64,000 bases of DNA from Thermoproteota archaeon (GCA_027491915.1 JAOZGC010000002.1:128001-192000); one strand, 5' to 3'; shown: positions 28,391 through 39,251, numbered from the stretch's first letter. The notes: a model not told the origin generated them from the letters alone. Made by a program: numbers and translations.

Positions 28391-28942
28391 TCACTCCACG
28401 ACGTATATCCCGTCCATGAAGACCCTGGGATCCTTGCCCCTTATCTTGGTAGCCTGCCTTATGTTGGCGGCGGTCTGCCCGACGTCGTCCTTGGACGGCC
28501 CCTCTATCACTATTCTGTCACCTCCCTCCAGCCGGACCTTTGCGCTCCCCACTATCCTCGCGTACCTCGGACTCTTCTCTCCCAAAAAATTGTTTATCTT
28601 AACAACCTTATTTTCTTCATCTATCTCAACTCTTATCGGGAAGTGGGAGAAGACGATCACCATCTCCTTCCTGAATCCCCTGGTCACCCCCTCGATCATG
28701 TTCCTCACGTGAGACGCCATGGTTCCCAGGTAGGCCCTGTGGAACTTCCTCCTGCCGAAGACGGCCAGCCTAACTTCCCCATCCTCCACGGAGATCTCTA
28801 TCATCCTGCCGTTGTAGGGCTTCTCCACGCTGCCGAGCGGGCCGCTCACCCTGATGACGTTCTCCGGGTCGACCTCTACCCGAACACCCTCCGGTATGGG
28901 TACCCTTATCTCGCTCTCGCGTCCGGATACCTCGGCCCTCAA
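28391..28942 (-). CDS. rpl6: 50S ribosomal protein uL6
   Basis: SHFPI, NFLGEKSPR, KDPRVFMDGIY. Confidence 0.96.
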   Translation of the reverse strand: MRAEVSGRESEIRVPIPEGVRVEVDPENVIRVSGPLGSVEKPYNGRMIEISVEDGEVRLAVFGRRKFHRAYLGTMASHVRNMIEGVTRGFRKEMVIVFSHFPIRVEIDEENKVVKINNFLGEKSPRYARIVGSAKVRLEGGDRIVIEGPSKDDVGQTAANIRQATKIRGKDPRVFMDGIYVVE

Positions 28943-28960
28943 CGCGAATCCTCTCCCTCC

Positions 28961-29353
28961 TCAGTAGTAGAAGCCTATGAGGACTCCACCGATGCCCAGC
29001 TCCTTGGCCTCTCTGTGGGTCATCACCCCTCTGTTGGTCGATATCACTATGCTACCTATCCCGGCGGCGGGGAGGTACCTCTTCTCCAGCTTCTCTATCT
29101 CCGCCCAACCGACCGAGAACCTGGGCTTTATCACTCCGGCCTTGTTCAATCTCCCGATAAGCCGCACCTTATACTTCCCGAACCGTCCGTCGTCCACGTA
29201 CTCAAATTCTCCAATATAACCGTCTTCCCTCATGAGTTTTAGAACCCTGCCGATCAGCTTCGAGGCAACGGGTATCACGACCTCCCTCTTGCCCAGCCTG
29301 GAGGCGTTGGTGAGGGCGCTCATGGCGTCGGCCAGCGGATCTAGTCTGGTCAC
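28961..29353 (-). CDS. rps8: 30S ribosomal protein uS8
   Basis: [27 protein letters not shown]. Confidence 0.96.
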   Translation of the reverse strand: MTRLDPLADAMSALTNASRLGKREVVIPVASKLIGRVLKLMREDGYIGEFEYVDDGRFGKYKVRLIGRLNKAGVIKPRFSVGWAEIEKLEKRYLPAAGIGSIVISTNRGVMTHREAKELGIGGVLIGFYY

Positions 29354-29369
29354 CCGGAGACACCCCCTC

Positions 29370-29525
29370 TCACTCGTACTTCTTCCACCCCATCAGGGGG
29401 GCAACTTCCCTGAAGCAGGACCTGCACAGGTAGAGGTTGTACTTTCTGATGATCCCGTATCCCCTCCTCCCACATCTCCTGCAGACGTAAGCTCCTTTCC
29501 CCCTCCTTTTCCTCTTCTCCACCAC
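29370..29525 (-). CDS. rps14: 30S ribosomal protein uS14 (Zn-type; not in ORF track)
   Basis: Manual translation [19 protein letters not shown]...[27 protein letters not shown] between rpl5 and rps8. Confidence 0.93.
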   Translation of the reverse strand: MVEKRKRRGKGAYVCRRCGRRGYGIIRKYNLYLCRSCFREVAPLMGWKKYE

Positions 29526-29547
29526 GGAGATCACCCCTCGAAGAGGC

Positions 29548-30111
29548 TCAGGTCACCTCCATGTTTAAGTATTTCTGAGCGTAGTAGATCGACTCCTCCC
29601 GGCCTAGTCTGTGTCTCCTGGGAATTCTCCTTCTCTTGATCCGCCTCTTGGCCACCCTGTAGCCGGGTCTTCCCATGGAAACTGCCACGTCCATCCCAAA
29701 TATTCCTATCTCTGCCTTGTATTTCATTCCAGGGATATCTATGTGCTCCCTTATTCCGAAGGCGAAATTGCCCTCGTTGTCGAAAGAGCTTGCCCTGACT
29801 CTGCGACCGACGGCGTCAAGCAACCTGTTCAAGAGGGCCCCCGCCTTCTCCCCGCGGACGGTCACCGACACGGCTATGGAATCACCCTTCCTTATCCCAA
29901 AATCTCTAATCGTCCTCTTTGCCTTCCTCACAACCGGCTTCTGTCCAGTCAGCTCCTCCAGGACGGATCCGGCCCTCTGGAGGATTTCGCCTCCCCTCCC
30001 AACGCATATGTTCAGCGTTACCGATCTTATCACGGGCCGCCTCATCGGATTGTCTCCCCACGGATCAGCTTCCCTACTCCCCGCCTCGACGCCGCCCTCC
30101 ATGGAGGTCAC
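29548..30111 (-). CDS. rpl5: 50S ribosomal protein uL5
   Basis: [35 protein letters not shown]. Confidence 0.96.
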   Translation of the reverse strand: MTSMEGGVEAGSREADPWGDNPMRRPVIRSVTLNICVGRGGEILQRAGSVLEELTGQKPVVRKAKRTIRDFGIRKGDSIAVSVTVRGEKAGALLNRLLDAVGRRVRASSFDNEGNFAFGIREHIDIPGMKYKAEIGIFGMDVAVSMGRPGYRVAKRRIKRRRIPRRHRLGREESIYYAQKYLNMEVT

Positions 30112-30824
30112 CTCACCGTTATCGGCGGGTTGAGGCCTATCACTATCAAGTCCTCTCTCTTCGACAGGAAGGTACCGGGCTCCTCCTCCGTCCCCCTCAA
30201 CCTTATCAGGGAGTCGATTTCCTCTATCGTCCCCACCCTCCCAACGTCTCTCCCACCGAGCACTATCGCCATCTGACCGACCTCCAGGCGGAGCGTCTCG
30301 ACGATGGTCTGCTCGGGCACCCTTATCAGCAGAGAGTCGCCTATCTTATATCCCCCCTCATTAGAACCGGATTCTATCAATATATTTCTTCCATCATGGC
30401 AGGAAAGCTGAATTTTTCCGCCGCGAACGGACTTCTTACCCCTTATGGCCACTATCTTCATGTCGGCCTCCTCCCCGCCCACCTCCCTGAGCTCTAGGAA
30501 CCTCTTCCTGCTCGGGACCACCCTGAAGATCTTCCCGACCTCGGTCAGGGAGACGACGTCGTACACTCCGAGGGGGAACTTGGGATCCCTGACGATCCTG
30601 CCGTCCACCTCGACGCCTCCCCCCTTTATCACCTTCTTGGCCTCCCTGTAGGACGTTGCGAGTTCGAGCACGTCCCTGATCATTACCGCCAGCGGGATGC
30701 ACTTGCGCGCCGGGTGGGGCCCGGGGCTGGGCTTCACCGCCCACTTGAACCTCTTCCTGGGGAGCTTCCAGTGTAGTGGCATCACCGTCCTCTTCATCTG
30801 CCTGGATCCTCCCATTCTGGCCAA
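30108..30824 (-). CDS. rps4e: 30S ribosomal protein eS4
   Basis: PSPGPHP, VDGRIVRDPKFPLG, HDGRNI. Confidence 0.95.
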   Translation of the reverse strand: MARMGGSRQMKRTVMPLHWKLPRKRFKWAVKPSPGPHPARKCIPLAVMIRDVLELATSYREAKKVIKGGGVEVDGRIVRDPKFPLGVYDVVSLTEVGKIFRVVPSRKRFLELREVGGEEADMKIVAIRGKKSVRGGKIQLSCHDGRNILIESGSNEGGYKIGDSLLIRVPEQTIVETLRLEVGQMAIVLGGRDVGRVGTIEEIDSLIRLRGTEEEPGTFLSKREDLIVIGLNPPITVR

Positions 30825-30828
30825 TGGA

Positions 30829-31209
30829 TCATCTCCCTCCCTTCCTGTCCAGGATCTTTTGCCTCACCTGATCGTCCAGCTTCAATTTGGTTATGATGAC
30901 CTTGGAGGGGTGTATGGGAACCGGGATCTCAGTCCCGTCGACCTTCCTCCTAGTCAGGTCCTTTATGAAGATCCGCCTCCTCTTGGTGTCCACCCCTATT
31001 ACTTCTCCCTCGCGTCCGATGTGGTCCCCCCTGACGACCAGAACCGTGTCTCCCTTCCGAACCGGGAGGGACCTGGTTCCGTACTTGGACCTCAACTCGT
31101 CGCTCAGGTGGGCCCCCATGAGCCTGTGCCTGTGGTGATAAGGGGCGGCGGCCTCGTACCTCCTCTGAACCCTCGGCTTGGACGACCTGGGCCTGCCCAC
31201 TCGCATCAC
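30829..31209 (-). CDS. rpl24: 50S ribosomal protein uL24
   Basis: SSKPRVQR, LPVRKGDTVLVVRG, IHPSKVIITKL. Confidence 0.96.
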   Translation of the reverse strand: MMRVGRPRSSKPRVQRRYEAAAPYHHRHRLMGAHLSDELRSKYGTRSLPVRKGDTVLVVRGDHIGREGEVIGVDTKRRRIFIKDLTRRKVDGTEIPVPIHPSKVIITKLKLDDQVRQKILDRKGGR

Positions 31210-31210
31210 C

Positions 31211-31639
31211 TCACACGACCGTCGCCGATATGGATGATAACACTTCCCACCTCTTGACGGCCTCCTTGGCTATCGGCCCCTTGACCTCCGTCCCCTTGGG
31301 CGTGCCGTCGTCGTTGACCAGGATGACGGCATTATCCTCGAATAAAATCCACTGACCGCTCTTCCTCCTGTACGGTCTCCTCTGCCTGACGACGATCGCT
31401 TTCATCGGCTTGTGGAGCAGCTCGTACTTCCCCTGCTTGACCACGACCGACACCATGTCTCCCACCCTGGCCGCCGGGAGCCTCGCCTTCCTGCCCTTGT
31501 ATCCCATCACCCCTATTATCTGACAGACCCTCGCCCCGGTGTTGTCCACGCACTTCACCTTCGCCATTACCGGGAGTCCGGGAGTTATCTTCGGCAGTAC
31601 CCCCTTCCGCTTCTTCCTCCTTGCTGCCCTCCTCGCCAT
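31211..31639 (-). CDS. rpl14: 50S ribosomal protein uL14
   Basis: [29 protein letters not shown]. Confidence 0.96.
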   Translation of the reverse strand: MARRAARRKKRKGVLPKITPGLPVMAKVKCVDNTGARVCQIIGVMGYKGRKARLPAARVGDMVSVVVKQGKYELLHKPMKAIVVRQRRPYRRKSGQWILFEDNAVILVNDDGTPKGTEVKGPIAKEAVKRWEVLSSISATVV

Positions 31640-31693
31640 CTAGACCCTCCTCCTTCGGATCGAGTCGGACCTCCGCGGCCATTAATAAGCTTT

Positions 31694-33097
31694 CTAAGGC
31701 GGGGCGCCGCCCATCCTCCTTGAGATCTCCCTCCCTATCACCACGCCGCTCGCCGAGGCCTGGACGAGCCCCCTGGAGACCCCACCTGCGTCTCCCCCTA
31801 TGAAGAGGCCCTCGACGGTCTCTGTCTCCAGGGAAGGCTTCAGTCTGAACTTGGCGGTGTGGAGCTTAAGCTCCACCCCGTAGAGGAGGGTGTGATCCGA
31901 TGATATTCCAGGCATGACACCGTTGAGCGCATCCAACGTCTCCAGCAGATCCACCAAGTACCTGTAGGGATAGACGAAGCTCAAGTCGCCCGCCACGGCG
32001 CCCTTCAAGGTGGGACGGACGACGCTCCTCGAGATCCTCTCGGGGGTCGAGCGGCGCCCCCTCCTCAAGTCCCCCAGCCTCTGTATCAACGGCTGGTTCC
32101 CGGCTATGTTGTTGGCTAGCCTGGCTATGTCGAGCGCGTAGTCTATGGAGTTCCTGTGGGGTTCCGTGAACTTGGTCGACACCAGTAAGGCGAAGTTGGT
32201 GTTGTCGGTCTTGCAGCATTCCCTGGCCTGCCCGTTCACCGTCACTATTCCCCAGTAGGACTCCGTCACAACCTCCCCCCCCGGGTTGACGCAGAACACC
32301 CTGACCTTGTCGTCGAACGTTGGGGTGTAGTAGATGAGCTTCGGCTCGTACAGCACCTCCGTGAACTCCCTCATGACCTCCTCCGACACCTCCACCCTGA
32401 CCCCCAGATCCACCCTCCCCCCCTCAAACGGTATGCCCAGCCTCTCCGCCTCTCCCACCAGCCAGTGGGCCCCGACCCTGCCGGGCGCGGCGATCACGTA
32501 TCTCCCAGCCACAAGCTCTCCCCCCTCAAGCTCCACCCCCCCAACCCTCCCCCCGTCGGTCACTATCCTCCTCGCCCTCGTCCTGAACCTGAACTCGACC
32601 CCCATCTCCTCAAGCCTCTTCCTGAAGTTCTCGAGCACTGTCCTCCCTCCGTCGCTCCCCATGTGTCTTATTCTGAAGGGAACCAGAAGGAGACCTTGCC
32701 TGTAAGCTTTCCTCTTCAATTCCCTGATCCTCTGTCTATCTACCCCATACAGGCGCTTCGGCGCCCCCATCTCCAGGTACACCTCATCCACGTAATCTAT
32801 CAAATCCCAGACCGCCTTCTCCCCTATGTAACTGGCTAAGTCCCCTCCAACATCCTTTGTCAGGTTAAGTTTTCCATCGCTGAATGCCCCCGCCCCACCA
32901 AAACCGGAGACCACGCCGCAGACAGGGCAGAGGACGCATTTCCCCACGTCTTCGCGGGGACAGTTCCTACCGGTCAGGTCCTCTCCCATCTCCACCAAGA
33001 GGATCTCCGAGTCAGGTTTCAGCCTCTTGATCTCGTAGGCTGCGAATATGCCGGTGGGGCCGGCGCCCACTATGACGACGTCCCACCTTCCGCTCAG
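31694..33097 (-). CDS. Uncharacterised FAD-dependent oxidoreductase (COG2509-like), probable CTG start
   Basis: WDVVIVGAGPTG Rossmann motif, GFGGAGAFSDGKL, FCVNPGG, GDAGGVSRGLVQA. Confidence 0.85.
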   Translation of the reverse strand: MSGRWDVVIVGAGPTGIFAAYEIKRLKPDSEILLVEMGEDLTGRNCPREDVGKCVLCPVCGVVSGFGGAGAFSDGKLNLTKDVGGDLASYIGEKAVWDLIDYVDEVYLEMGAPKRLYGVDRQRIRELKRKAYRQGLLLVPFRIRHMGSDGGRTVLENFRKRLEEMGVEFRFRTRARRIVTDGGRVGGVELEGGELVAGRYVIAAPGRVGAHWLVGEAERLGIPFEGGRVDLGVRVEVSEEVMREFTEVLYEPKLIYYTPTFDDKVRVFCVNPGGEVVTESYWGIVTVNGQARECCKTDNTNFALLVSTKFTEPHRNSIDYALDIARLANNIAGNQPLIQRLGDLRRGRRSTPERISRSVVRPTLKGAVAGDLSFVYPYRYLVDLLETLDALNGVMPGISSDHTLLYGVELKLHTAKFRLKPSLETETVEGLFIGGDAGGVSRGLVQASASGVVIGREISRRMGGAPP

Positions 33098-33159
33098 CCT
33101 GTTCCCTTGCCGGATCCGGGCTCGGGTGATTATATAAAGGATCGTCTCAACGTCCGCCC

Positions 33160-33513
33160 GTGGCGCCCAGGGCCCGCCGGATCCGCGACGACCTCAGCCT
33201 CCTACCCCCCGAGAGCGCCATAAAGGCCATAAGGGCCGTTGAGGATGGGAGGGTGATTTCCATACGTGTGGATGGGGAGGATACAGGCGTGAGGTTGGTC
33301 AGAGGGGAAGAGGGCACCTACTTGGTTCTCTCCGGGTCTTTCTGTTCCTGCCCCGACTTCTACGTCAGGGTCCTGTCTAGATCCGAGAGGCCCCTCTGCT
33401 ACCACCTGGCCGCGGTCAGGGTGGCCGAGTCGGAGGGCTCCCTAAGGAGGATTGACCTCTCCCGCGGCAGGCTGATGGAACTAATCTGCCGGCTCCTCTT
33501 CTCGGAAAGCTGA
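33160..33513 (+). CDS. SWIM zinc-finger protein
   Basis: CSCPDF...LCYHL (CxC...CxH). Confidence 0.8.
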   Translation: MAPRARRIRDDLSLLPPESAIKAIRAVEDGRVISIRVDGEDTGVRLVRGEEGTYLVLSGSFCSCPDFYVRVLSRSERPLCYHLAAVRVAESEGSLRRIDLSRGRLMELICRLLFSES

Positions 33514-33545
33514 CTTTTTATGATTCGAATCCGCCTACCGACAAG

Positions 33546-34301
33546 ATGTCTCCGGGGAATTCGCTGGATGAGGTGACGGCCTCCTACCACAAGAGGATCC
33601 TGAAGGAGATGGTCGCCAAGAAGATAGCCGGGGACATTCTCTTCTCAAAGAATATAGGGCTCGCCATGAGGAAGTGGAGGGAATATTTCAACATTAGGCA
33701 GAGCGAGCTCGCCAGGCTACTGGGGGTATCCGCCTCGGTCATATCCGACTACGAGTCCGGTCGCAGGAAGAGTCCGGGATCCCTCGTGCTGAAGAGGTTC
33801 GTGGAGGCGCTGATAGCAGAAGACGAGAAGAGGGGGGGGGCCGTCATCAGGATAATAGCCAAAACGTCCGGGATATCGGGTCTCCTCACGAGCGTGATAG
33901 ACATAAGGGAGTTCTCTGTTCCTATACCGTCAGAGGAGTTCGTGGAGATGGTCGACGGTGTTGAAATAGTGCCGCCGGAGCCCCAATCATACGTGAACGG
34001 GTACACGATAATAGACAGCATAAAGGCAATCGAAAACCTCTCCGGCTCCGACTTCATGAGGCTCTTCGGGGTCTCGACCGAGAGGGCCCTCATATTCACA
34101 AAAGTCTCCATGGGTAGATCTCCCATGGTGGCGCTCAGGGTCTTCGACATAAGGCCGACCCTGGTTATCCTCCACGGTCCAGATCCAAACAAGGTGGACT
34201 TCCTGGCCACCAAGCTTGCCGAGATCATGCGGGTGGGCCTGGTGGTGACCAGGGTGCCCGACGTGGCCGAGCTGGCCGAGCGACTCAGGGAATCCATCTG
34301 A
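33546..34301 (+). CDS. XRE-type HTH transcriptional regulator (COG1709-like)
   Basis: IAGDI, MRKWRE.FNIRQSELA, SVISDYESGRRKSPG, GYTIIDSIKAI, GRSPMVA. Confidence 0.88.
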   Translation: MSPGNSLDEVTASYHKRILKEMVAKKIAGDILFSKNIGLAMRKWREYFNIRQSELARLLGVSASVISDYESGRRKSPGSLVLKRFVEALIAEDEKRGGAVIRIIAKTSGISGLLTSVIDIREFSVPIPSEEFVEMVDGVEIVPPEPQSYVNGYTIIDSIKAIENLSGSDFMRLFGVSTERALIFTKVSMGRSPMVALRVFDIRPTLVILHGPDPNKVDFLATKLAEIMRVGLVVTRVPDVAELAERLRESI

Positions 34302-34330
34302 TGCACTTTCGTCTTTCGTCGAATTAGTAG

Positions 34331-34480
34331 CCGGTCGTGGGCGAAATTTATATCCACGATCGGGCCCCACCCACCGGAACCGAGGGCCGGGGACGGATAG
34401 GTTCTGGATCAATTGTCAACAATACTTCCGATAGGACTAAATATAACTAATATTCGAATATGGGTAACGTTTTTTAAGCG
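34331..34480 (+). promoter_or_regulatory. Regulatory region upstream of iorA with inverted repeats and TATA-like boxes
   Basis: CCGGTCGTGG..TTTATAT..CCACGATCGG (34331-34363); ATATTCGAATAT palindrome (34450-34461); TTTTTTAAG ~34470. Confidence 0.55.
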
Positions 34481-34520
34481 ATCGTCGTGGTGCGTCGGTC
34501 CGCGGTCGGGAGGAGTGGAC

Positions 34521-36398
34521 GTGCCCCTCGACGATGATGATGACGCCGAGGTCAGGTTGATGACCGGCAACGAGGCCATAGCCAGGGGGGCCGTCGAGGC
34601 TGGCGTGTCCTTCGCGACGGCCTACCCCGGAACCCCAAGCAGCGAGGTCCTGGCCAACCTGGCGAGGATGACCGATCCGGAGAGGGTGTACGTAGAGTGG
34701 TCCACCAACGAGAAGGTCGCTTTCGAGGCGGCCTACGCCGCGTCTCTGGTCGGGGCTAGGGCCATGGCCGTGATGAAGCACCTGGGAACCCACTGGATTG
34801 TCGACCCCCTGGCGGTCGCCGCAGTCGCAGGGACGCGCGGCGGGTTGGTCGTGGTGAGCGCTGACGACCCCTACCCCCACAGCTCCCAGAGCTCGGTGGA
34901 TACCAGACTCACAGGCAGGCTCGTCAACGTTCCGGTCGTGGAGCCGTCGGATCCAGCCGAGGCCAAATCTCTCCTAAAGGAGTCCTTCAAGTTGTCGGAG
35001 GAGCTGGAGCTCCCGGTACTCTTCAGGTACACCACCAGAGTCGCGCACTCCAAATCCCCCGTTCCCCTGGAGGAGCCCGAGGAACCGGAGAGGATCCCCG
35101 GGGACTTCGAGAGGGACCCGGAGAGGTTCGTCTCCATAGCCCCGAACGCCAGGAAGAACATACCCAAACTCATAGAGAAGATAGACAGGGCCGCCGAGCT
35201 GCTCGCCAGGCCGCCCTTCGTTGTCAGGGAGGGGGCCTCGCGCGGCGAGGTCGGCCTGGTGGCATCTGGGGTTCCATATCTCTACGCCCTGGACGCCATG
35301 GAGGTCCTGGGCAGAGAGATCCCCGTGCTTAAGGTGTCCCTGGCGTATCCCCTCCCGCCGAAACCGGTCGACGATTTCCTGAGCGGTCTGAGCCGGGTTC
35401 TGGTCTTGGAGGAGATGGAACCGGTCATAGAAGATCAGCTGATTAAGACGGCCTACCTCTCCGGGAGGAACGTCGAGATCCTGGGGAAGTCCACCGGGGC
35501 GACCAAGAGATTCGGGGAGACCGATGCCGACGCGACTCTGAGGGCGGTATCCGCTCTGGTTGGGATGGACGCGCCGGCCAGCAAAGTCAGGTGGTTTGAG
35601 GACAGGAGGATACCCCAGATGTGCGCCGGGTGCCCCCACAGGGGAAGCTACCTATCCATAAAGCGGGGCCTCATCAGGGCCCGCAGGGGGAGGGGCGTCA
35701 TCTTCGGCGACAGGGGCTGCTACAATCAGGGCGCCAATCCTCCTCTGGAGGCCATAGACACGTGCATAGCCATGGGGGCGAGCATAGCCATGGCCGCGGG
35801 CGCCAAGAAGGCCGGTCTGAGGGAGCCAGCCGTGGCCGTGATAGGGGACTCGACCTTCTTCCACGGGGGCATACCCCCTCTCATAGACGCCGTGGAGGGG
35901 AGGGCCCCGATAGTCGTCGCGATACTAGACAACAGGTGGACTTGCATGACCGGCCATCAGCCGAGTCCGACCACCGGGAAGAATGCCAGGGGGGAGGAGG
36001 CGCCCGTCATACTCCCCGAGGACGTAGTCAGGTCCCTGGGAGTCGGGCACGTCGAGGTGGTCGACGCCTACGACCTGAGCAGGGGGGAGGAGGCGATCTT
36101 CAGGGCGGTGGAACACGCGGAATCTTCCGGAGAGCCGGCGGTCGTAGTGTTCAGGGGGGAGTGCGTCCTCCAGGTCCTGAGGCGGATGAGCAGATCCGGC
36201 GAGAGACCGACTCCCTACGAGGTCGTTCCCGACAAATGCGTCGGCTGCAGGATGTGTGTCCTGACGGGATGCCCAGCAATCTCCTTCGATCTGGAAGAGT
36301 CAACGGCCTCGATAGAGGCAACTAAGTGTACCGGGTGCGGCGTCTGCGCTCAGGTCTGCCCGACCTCCGCGATAGTAAGATCTGGGGTGGGATCTTGA
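34521..36398 (+). CDS. iorA: Indolepyruvate:ferredoxin oxidoreductase alpha subunit
   Basis: GNEAIARG, YPGTPSSE, NEKVA, MCAGCPHR, IGDSTFFHGG, MTGHQP, two C-terminal 4Fe-4S motifs. Confidence 0.92.
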   Translation: MPLDDDDDAEVRLMTGNEAIARGAVEAGVSFATAYPGTPSSEVLANLARMTDPERVYVEWSTNEKVAFEAAYAASLVGARAMAVMKHLGTHWIVDPLAVAAVAGTRGGLVVVSADDPYPHSSQSSVDTRLTGRLVNVPVVEPSDPAEAKSLLKESFKLSEELELPVLFRYTTRVAHSKSPVPLEEPEEPERIPGDFERDPERFVSIAPNARKNIPKLIEKIDRAAELLARPPFVVREGASRGEVGLVASGVPYLYALDAMEVLGREIPVLKVSLAYPLPPKPVDDFLSGLSRVLVLEEMEPVIEDQLIKTAYLSGRNVEILGKSTGATKRFGETDADATLRAVSALVGMDAPASKVRWFEDRRIPQMCAGCPHRGSYLSIKRGLIRARRGRGVIFGDRGCYNQGANPPLEAIDTCIAMGASIAMAAGAKKAGLREPAVAVIGDSTFFHGGIPPLIDAVEGRAPIVVAILDNRWTCMTGHQPSPTTGKNARGEEAPVILPEDVVRSLGVGHVEVVDAYDLSRGEEAIFRAVEHAESSGEPAVVVFRGECVLQVLRRMSRSGERPTPYEVVPDKCVGCRMCVLTGCPAISFDLEESTASIEATKCTGCGVCAQVCPTSAIVRSGVGS

Positions 36399-37021
36399 CG
36401 GGGGGAGAAAAGCTCGACGTGGTTCTGGCCGGCATAGGGGGGCAGGGAGTGGTGCTCGCGTCGGACATACTAGGCAGGGCGGCCATGCGGGCGGGCTTCC
36501 GAGTAAGGATAGCCAACACCCACGGCCTCGCCCAGAGGGAGGGATCCGTCAGCAGCCACGTCAGGATTGGCCGCGGGATCCACGGTCCGATGGTCAGGCT
36601 CGGGGGCGCCGACGTCGTGGTCGGATTCGAGCTGGCCGAGGCGGCCCGCAACCTCAAATACCTGTCCGACTCGGGCGTCCTGATCTCCAACTCCACCCTG
36701 ATCTACCCCTTGGCCCACTACTCAGGTCACTCTCCCTGGCCTGATGGTCGAGAGATACTGCGCATGATAACCGATCAGATCTCCCCAGACCGCCTGATAT
36801 TATTGAACGCCGAATCTCTGGCGCTGCGGGCCGGGAACATCCGCACGGTCAACGTGGTCATGCTGGGCGTCTTGTCCTCCCTCGATCTCCTCCCATTCCC
36901 GGAGGAGATCCTGTTGTCCGAGATAGAGAGATCCGTCCCCAGGTTCGCGGTCGAGAGCAACCTGAGGGCTTTCGAGTATGGCAAATCCGCCGTTGGGGGT
37001 GGAGATGGTGAGACCGGATAG
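36395..37021 (+). CDS. iorB: Indolepyruvate:ferredoxin oxidoreductase beta subunit
   Basis: [30 protein letters not shown]; TTGA overlap with iorA. Confidence 0.92.
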   Translation: MTGGEKLDVVLAGIGGQGVVLASDILGRAAMRAGFRVRIANTHGLAQREGSVSSHVRIGRGIHGPMVRLGGADVVVGFELAEAARNLKYLSDSGVLISNSTLIYPLAHYSGHSPWPDGREILRMITDQISPDRLILLNAESLALRAGNIRTVNVVMLGVLSSLDLLPFPEEILLSEIERSVPRFAVESNLRAFEYGKSAVGGGDGETG

Positions 37022-38087
37022 AGGGGTCGGCATAGTTGGTTGGGGGGTGTACATACCCGTCCACAGGATAAGGGCCGAGGAGTTGGCCAGGGCGTGGGGC
37101 AGGGACTGGAAGAGGTTCGCCGCCGGGGTCTTCGTTGAGGAGAAGAGCCTGCCGGGGCTCGACGAGGACACGTTCACGATAGCCTACGAGGCCGCCAAGA
37201 ACGCGCTTAGGAGGGCCAGGATAGATCCCAAGAGCGTGAGGGCGGTCTACGTCGGGACTGAGTCGAAGCCGTACGCCGTCAAGCCAACATCCACCATGTT
37301 GATAGAGGCCCTGGACCTCGGCGAGAGGAGCACCACCGGAGCCGACTTCGAGTTCGCGTGCAAGGCCGGAACAGAGGCCCTGGAGGCCACGATAGGTCTG
37401 GTCGGCTCTGGCATGATAGATTACGGCCTGGTTATAGGCGCCGACACTGCCCAGGGGGCGCCGGGCGATCCCCTGGAGTATACCGCCGCCTCCGGGGGAG
37501 CAGCGCTCGTGATCGGGCCTGTCGAGAACTCGATCGCCGAGATAGTGGCATCTCACTCGTTCGTGACCGACACACCCGACTTCTGGCGTCGGAAACTGGT
37601 TAAGTATCCGGCCCACACGAAGGCCTTCACCGGAGTCCCAGCCTACTTCAGACACATAACGACCGCGGCGAGGGCCCTGATGGACGAGCTGGGAACCAAC
37701 CCAGGGGATTACGACTACGCGGTGTTCCACCAGCCGAACGGCAAGTTCCCCCTGAGGGTCGGCAAGATGCTCGGCTTCCCCAAGGAGAAGATACTACCAG
37801 GCCTGATAACCCCAAAGATCGGAAATACCTACAGCGGATCGTCCCTCGTGGGTTTGTCTGCCGTGTTGGATGTTGCCAAGCCGGGTCAGAAGATCCTCGT
37901 CGCCTCCTTTGGCTCCGGCGCCGGGAGCGACGCCTTCCACATAGAGGTCCTCGACGGGATAGAGGAGGCTCAAGCGCTGGCCCCCAGAGTTTCGGACTAC
38001 GTGAACTGGAAGAGGTACGTGGACTACGCAATCTACGCCAGGAACAGAAGGATGTACAAGATGCCGAACGACATGGGAGCCTACTGA
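37005..38087 (+). CDS. Hydroxymethylglutaryl-CoA synthase (archaeal type)
   Basis: [52 protein letters not shown]. Confidence 0.93.
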   Translation: MVRPDRGVGIVGWGVYIPVHRIRAEELARAWGRDWKRFAAGVFVEEKSLPGLDEDTFTIAYEAAKNALRRARIDPKSVRAVYVGTESKPYAVKPTSTMLIEALDLGERSTTGADFEFACKAGTEALEATIGLVGSGMIDYGLVIGADTAQGAPGDPLEYTAASGGAALVIGPVENSIAEIVASHSFVTDTPDFWRRKLVKYPAHTKAFTGVPAYFRHITTAARALMDELGTNPGDYDYAVFHQPNGKFPLRVGKMLGFPKEKILPGLITPKIGNTYSGSSLVGLSAVLDVAKPGQKILVASFGSGAGSDAFHIEVLDGIEEAQALAPRVSDYVNWKRYVDYAIYARNRRMYKMPNDMGAY

Positions 38088-38108
38088 CCTATTTGGAGAG
38101 GTGGGATC

Positions 38109-39245
38109 GTGACGAGCGTGTCGATAACCGGGGTCGGCCTCACCAAGATTGGCCAGCATTGGGATCGCTCCCTCCGGAGCCTCGCCGTCGAGGCCGCCTC
38201 GAGGGCGATGGAGGACTCCGGGATTGAGGGGGTGGATGCCATATTCGTCGGGAACATGATGTCCGGTCTGCTGAACGGCCAGGAGAACCTGGGATCCCTC
38301 TTGGCAGACTACCTCGGCCTGGCGGGGATCCCGTCGGTTAAGGTGGAGGCGGCGTGCGCCTCCGGGGGGGCTGCCGCAGTCCAGGGCTTCATGGCCGTCA
38401 AGTCGGGCCTCTTCCGGAGGGTCCTCGTCGTTGGGGTCGAGAAGATGACCGACATGACCGACTCGGAGGACGTGAGCGCCGCGCTGGCCACGGCCGCCGA
38501 CGCCGAGTACGAGGTGTTCTACGGAGCGACCTTCGTCTCGCTCAACGCCCTCATCATGAGGCTGTACGCCAGGAGATACGGCCTGTCTGAGGAGGACTTC
38601 GGTTACCTCCCCATACTTATGCACTCTAACGCGTCGGACACGCCGCACGCCCAGCTCAGGTTCAAGATAGACATGGAGAGGTATCTGGGCTCCCCCATGA
38701 TCTCGGACCCCCTCAGGCTCATGGATGCGGCCCCAGTGGGGGACGGTGCGGCGGCCGTGGTGTTGGAGGGATCGGATTCCGGGGTTGAGGTGGCAGGCGT
38801 GGGCATGGCCACAGATCAAATTGCCCTCCACAGCAGGGGGGACCTACTCAGACTGCCGGCCGTGGAGCTGGCAGCAAGGAGGGCCATGGAGATGGCTGGT
38901 ATAACCCAAAAGGAAGTCGACGTGTTCCAGATACACGACGCGTTCAGCGTCATGGGCTACCTGAACATGGAGTCGATAGGCCTGGCCGAGCCGGGTCGGG
39001 CTTACATCCTCGCGGAGTCCGGGGAGATCGCCAGGGACGGACCTGTTCCTGTCAACCCGGAGGGCGGTCTGAAGGCCCGGGGCCACCCGGTGGGGGCCAC
39101 CGGGATATACCAGCTGGCGGAGCTGTACAATCAGATAGTCGGCAGGGCCGGCCCGAGTCAGGTAGAGGGGGCGAAGCTGGGCTTCGCGATCAACGTCGGA
39201 GGGACCGGGTCCAACGTCGCCGCGGTAGTGTTGAGGGGGAGGTGA
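38109..39245 (+). CDS. Acetoacetyl-CoA thiolase (archaeal, DUF35-associated)
   Basis: VEAACASGG, GVEKMTD, DGAAA, IHDAF, GGLKARGHPVGATG. Confidence 0.92.
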   Translation: MTSVSITGVGLTKIGQHWDRSLRSLAVEAASRAMEDSGIEGVDAIFVGNMMSGLLNGQENLGSLLADYLGLAGIPSVKVEAACASGGAAAVQGFMAVKSGLFRRVLVVGVEKMTDMTDSEDVSAALATAADAEYEVFYGATFVSLNALIMRLYARRYGLSEEDFGYLPILMHSNASDTPHAQLRFKIDMERYLGSPMISDPLRLMDAAPVGDGAAAVVLEGSDSGVEVAGVGMATDQIALHSRGDLLRLPAVELAARRAMEMAGITQKEVDVFQIHDAFSVMGYLNMESIGLAEPGRAYILAESGEIARDGPVPVNPEGGLKARGHPVGATGIYQLAELYNQIVGRAGPSQVEGAKLGFAINVGGTGSNVAAVVLRGR

Positions 39246-39251
39246 GCGATC

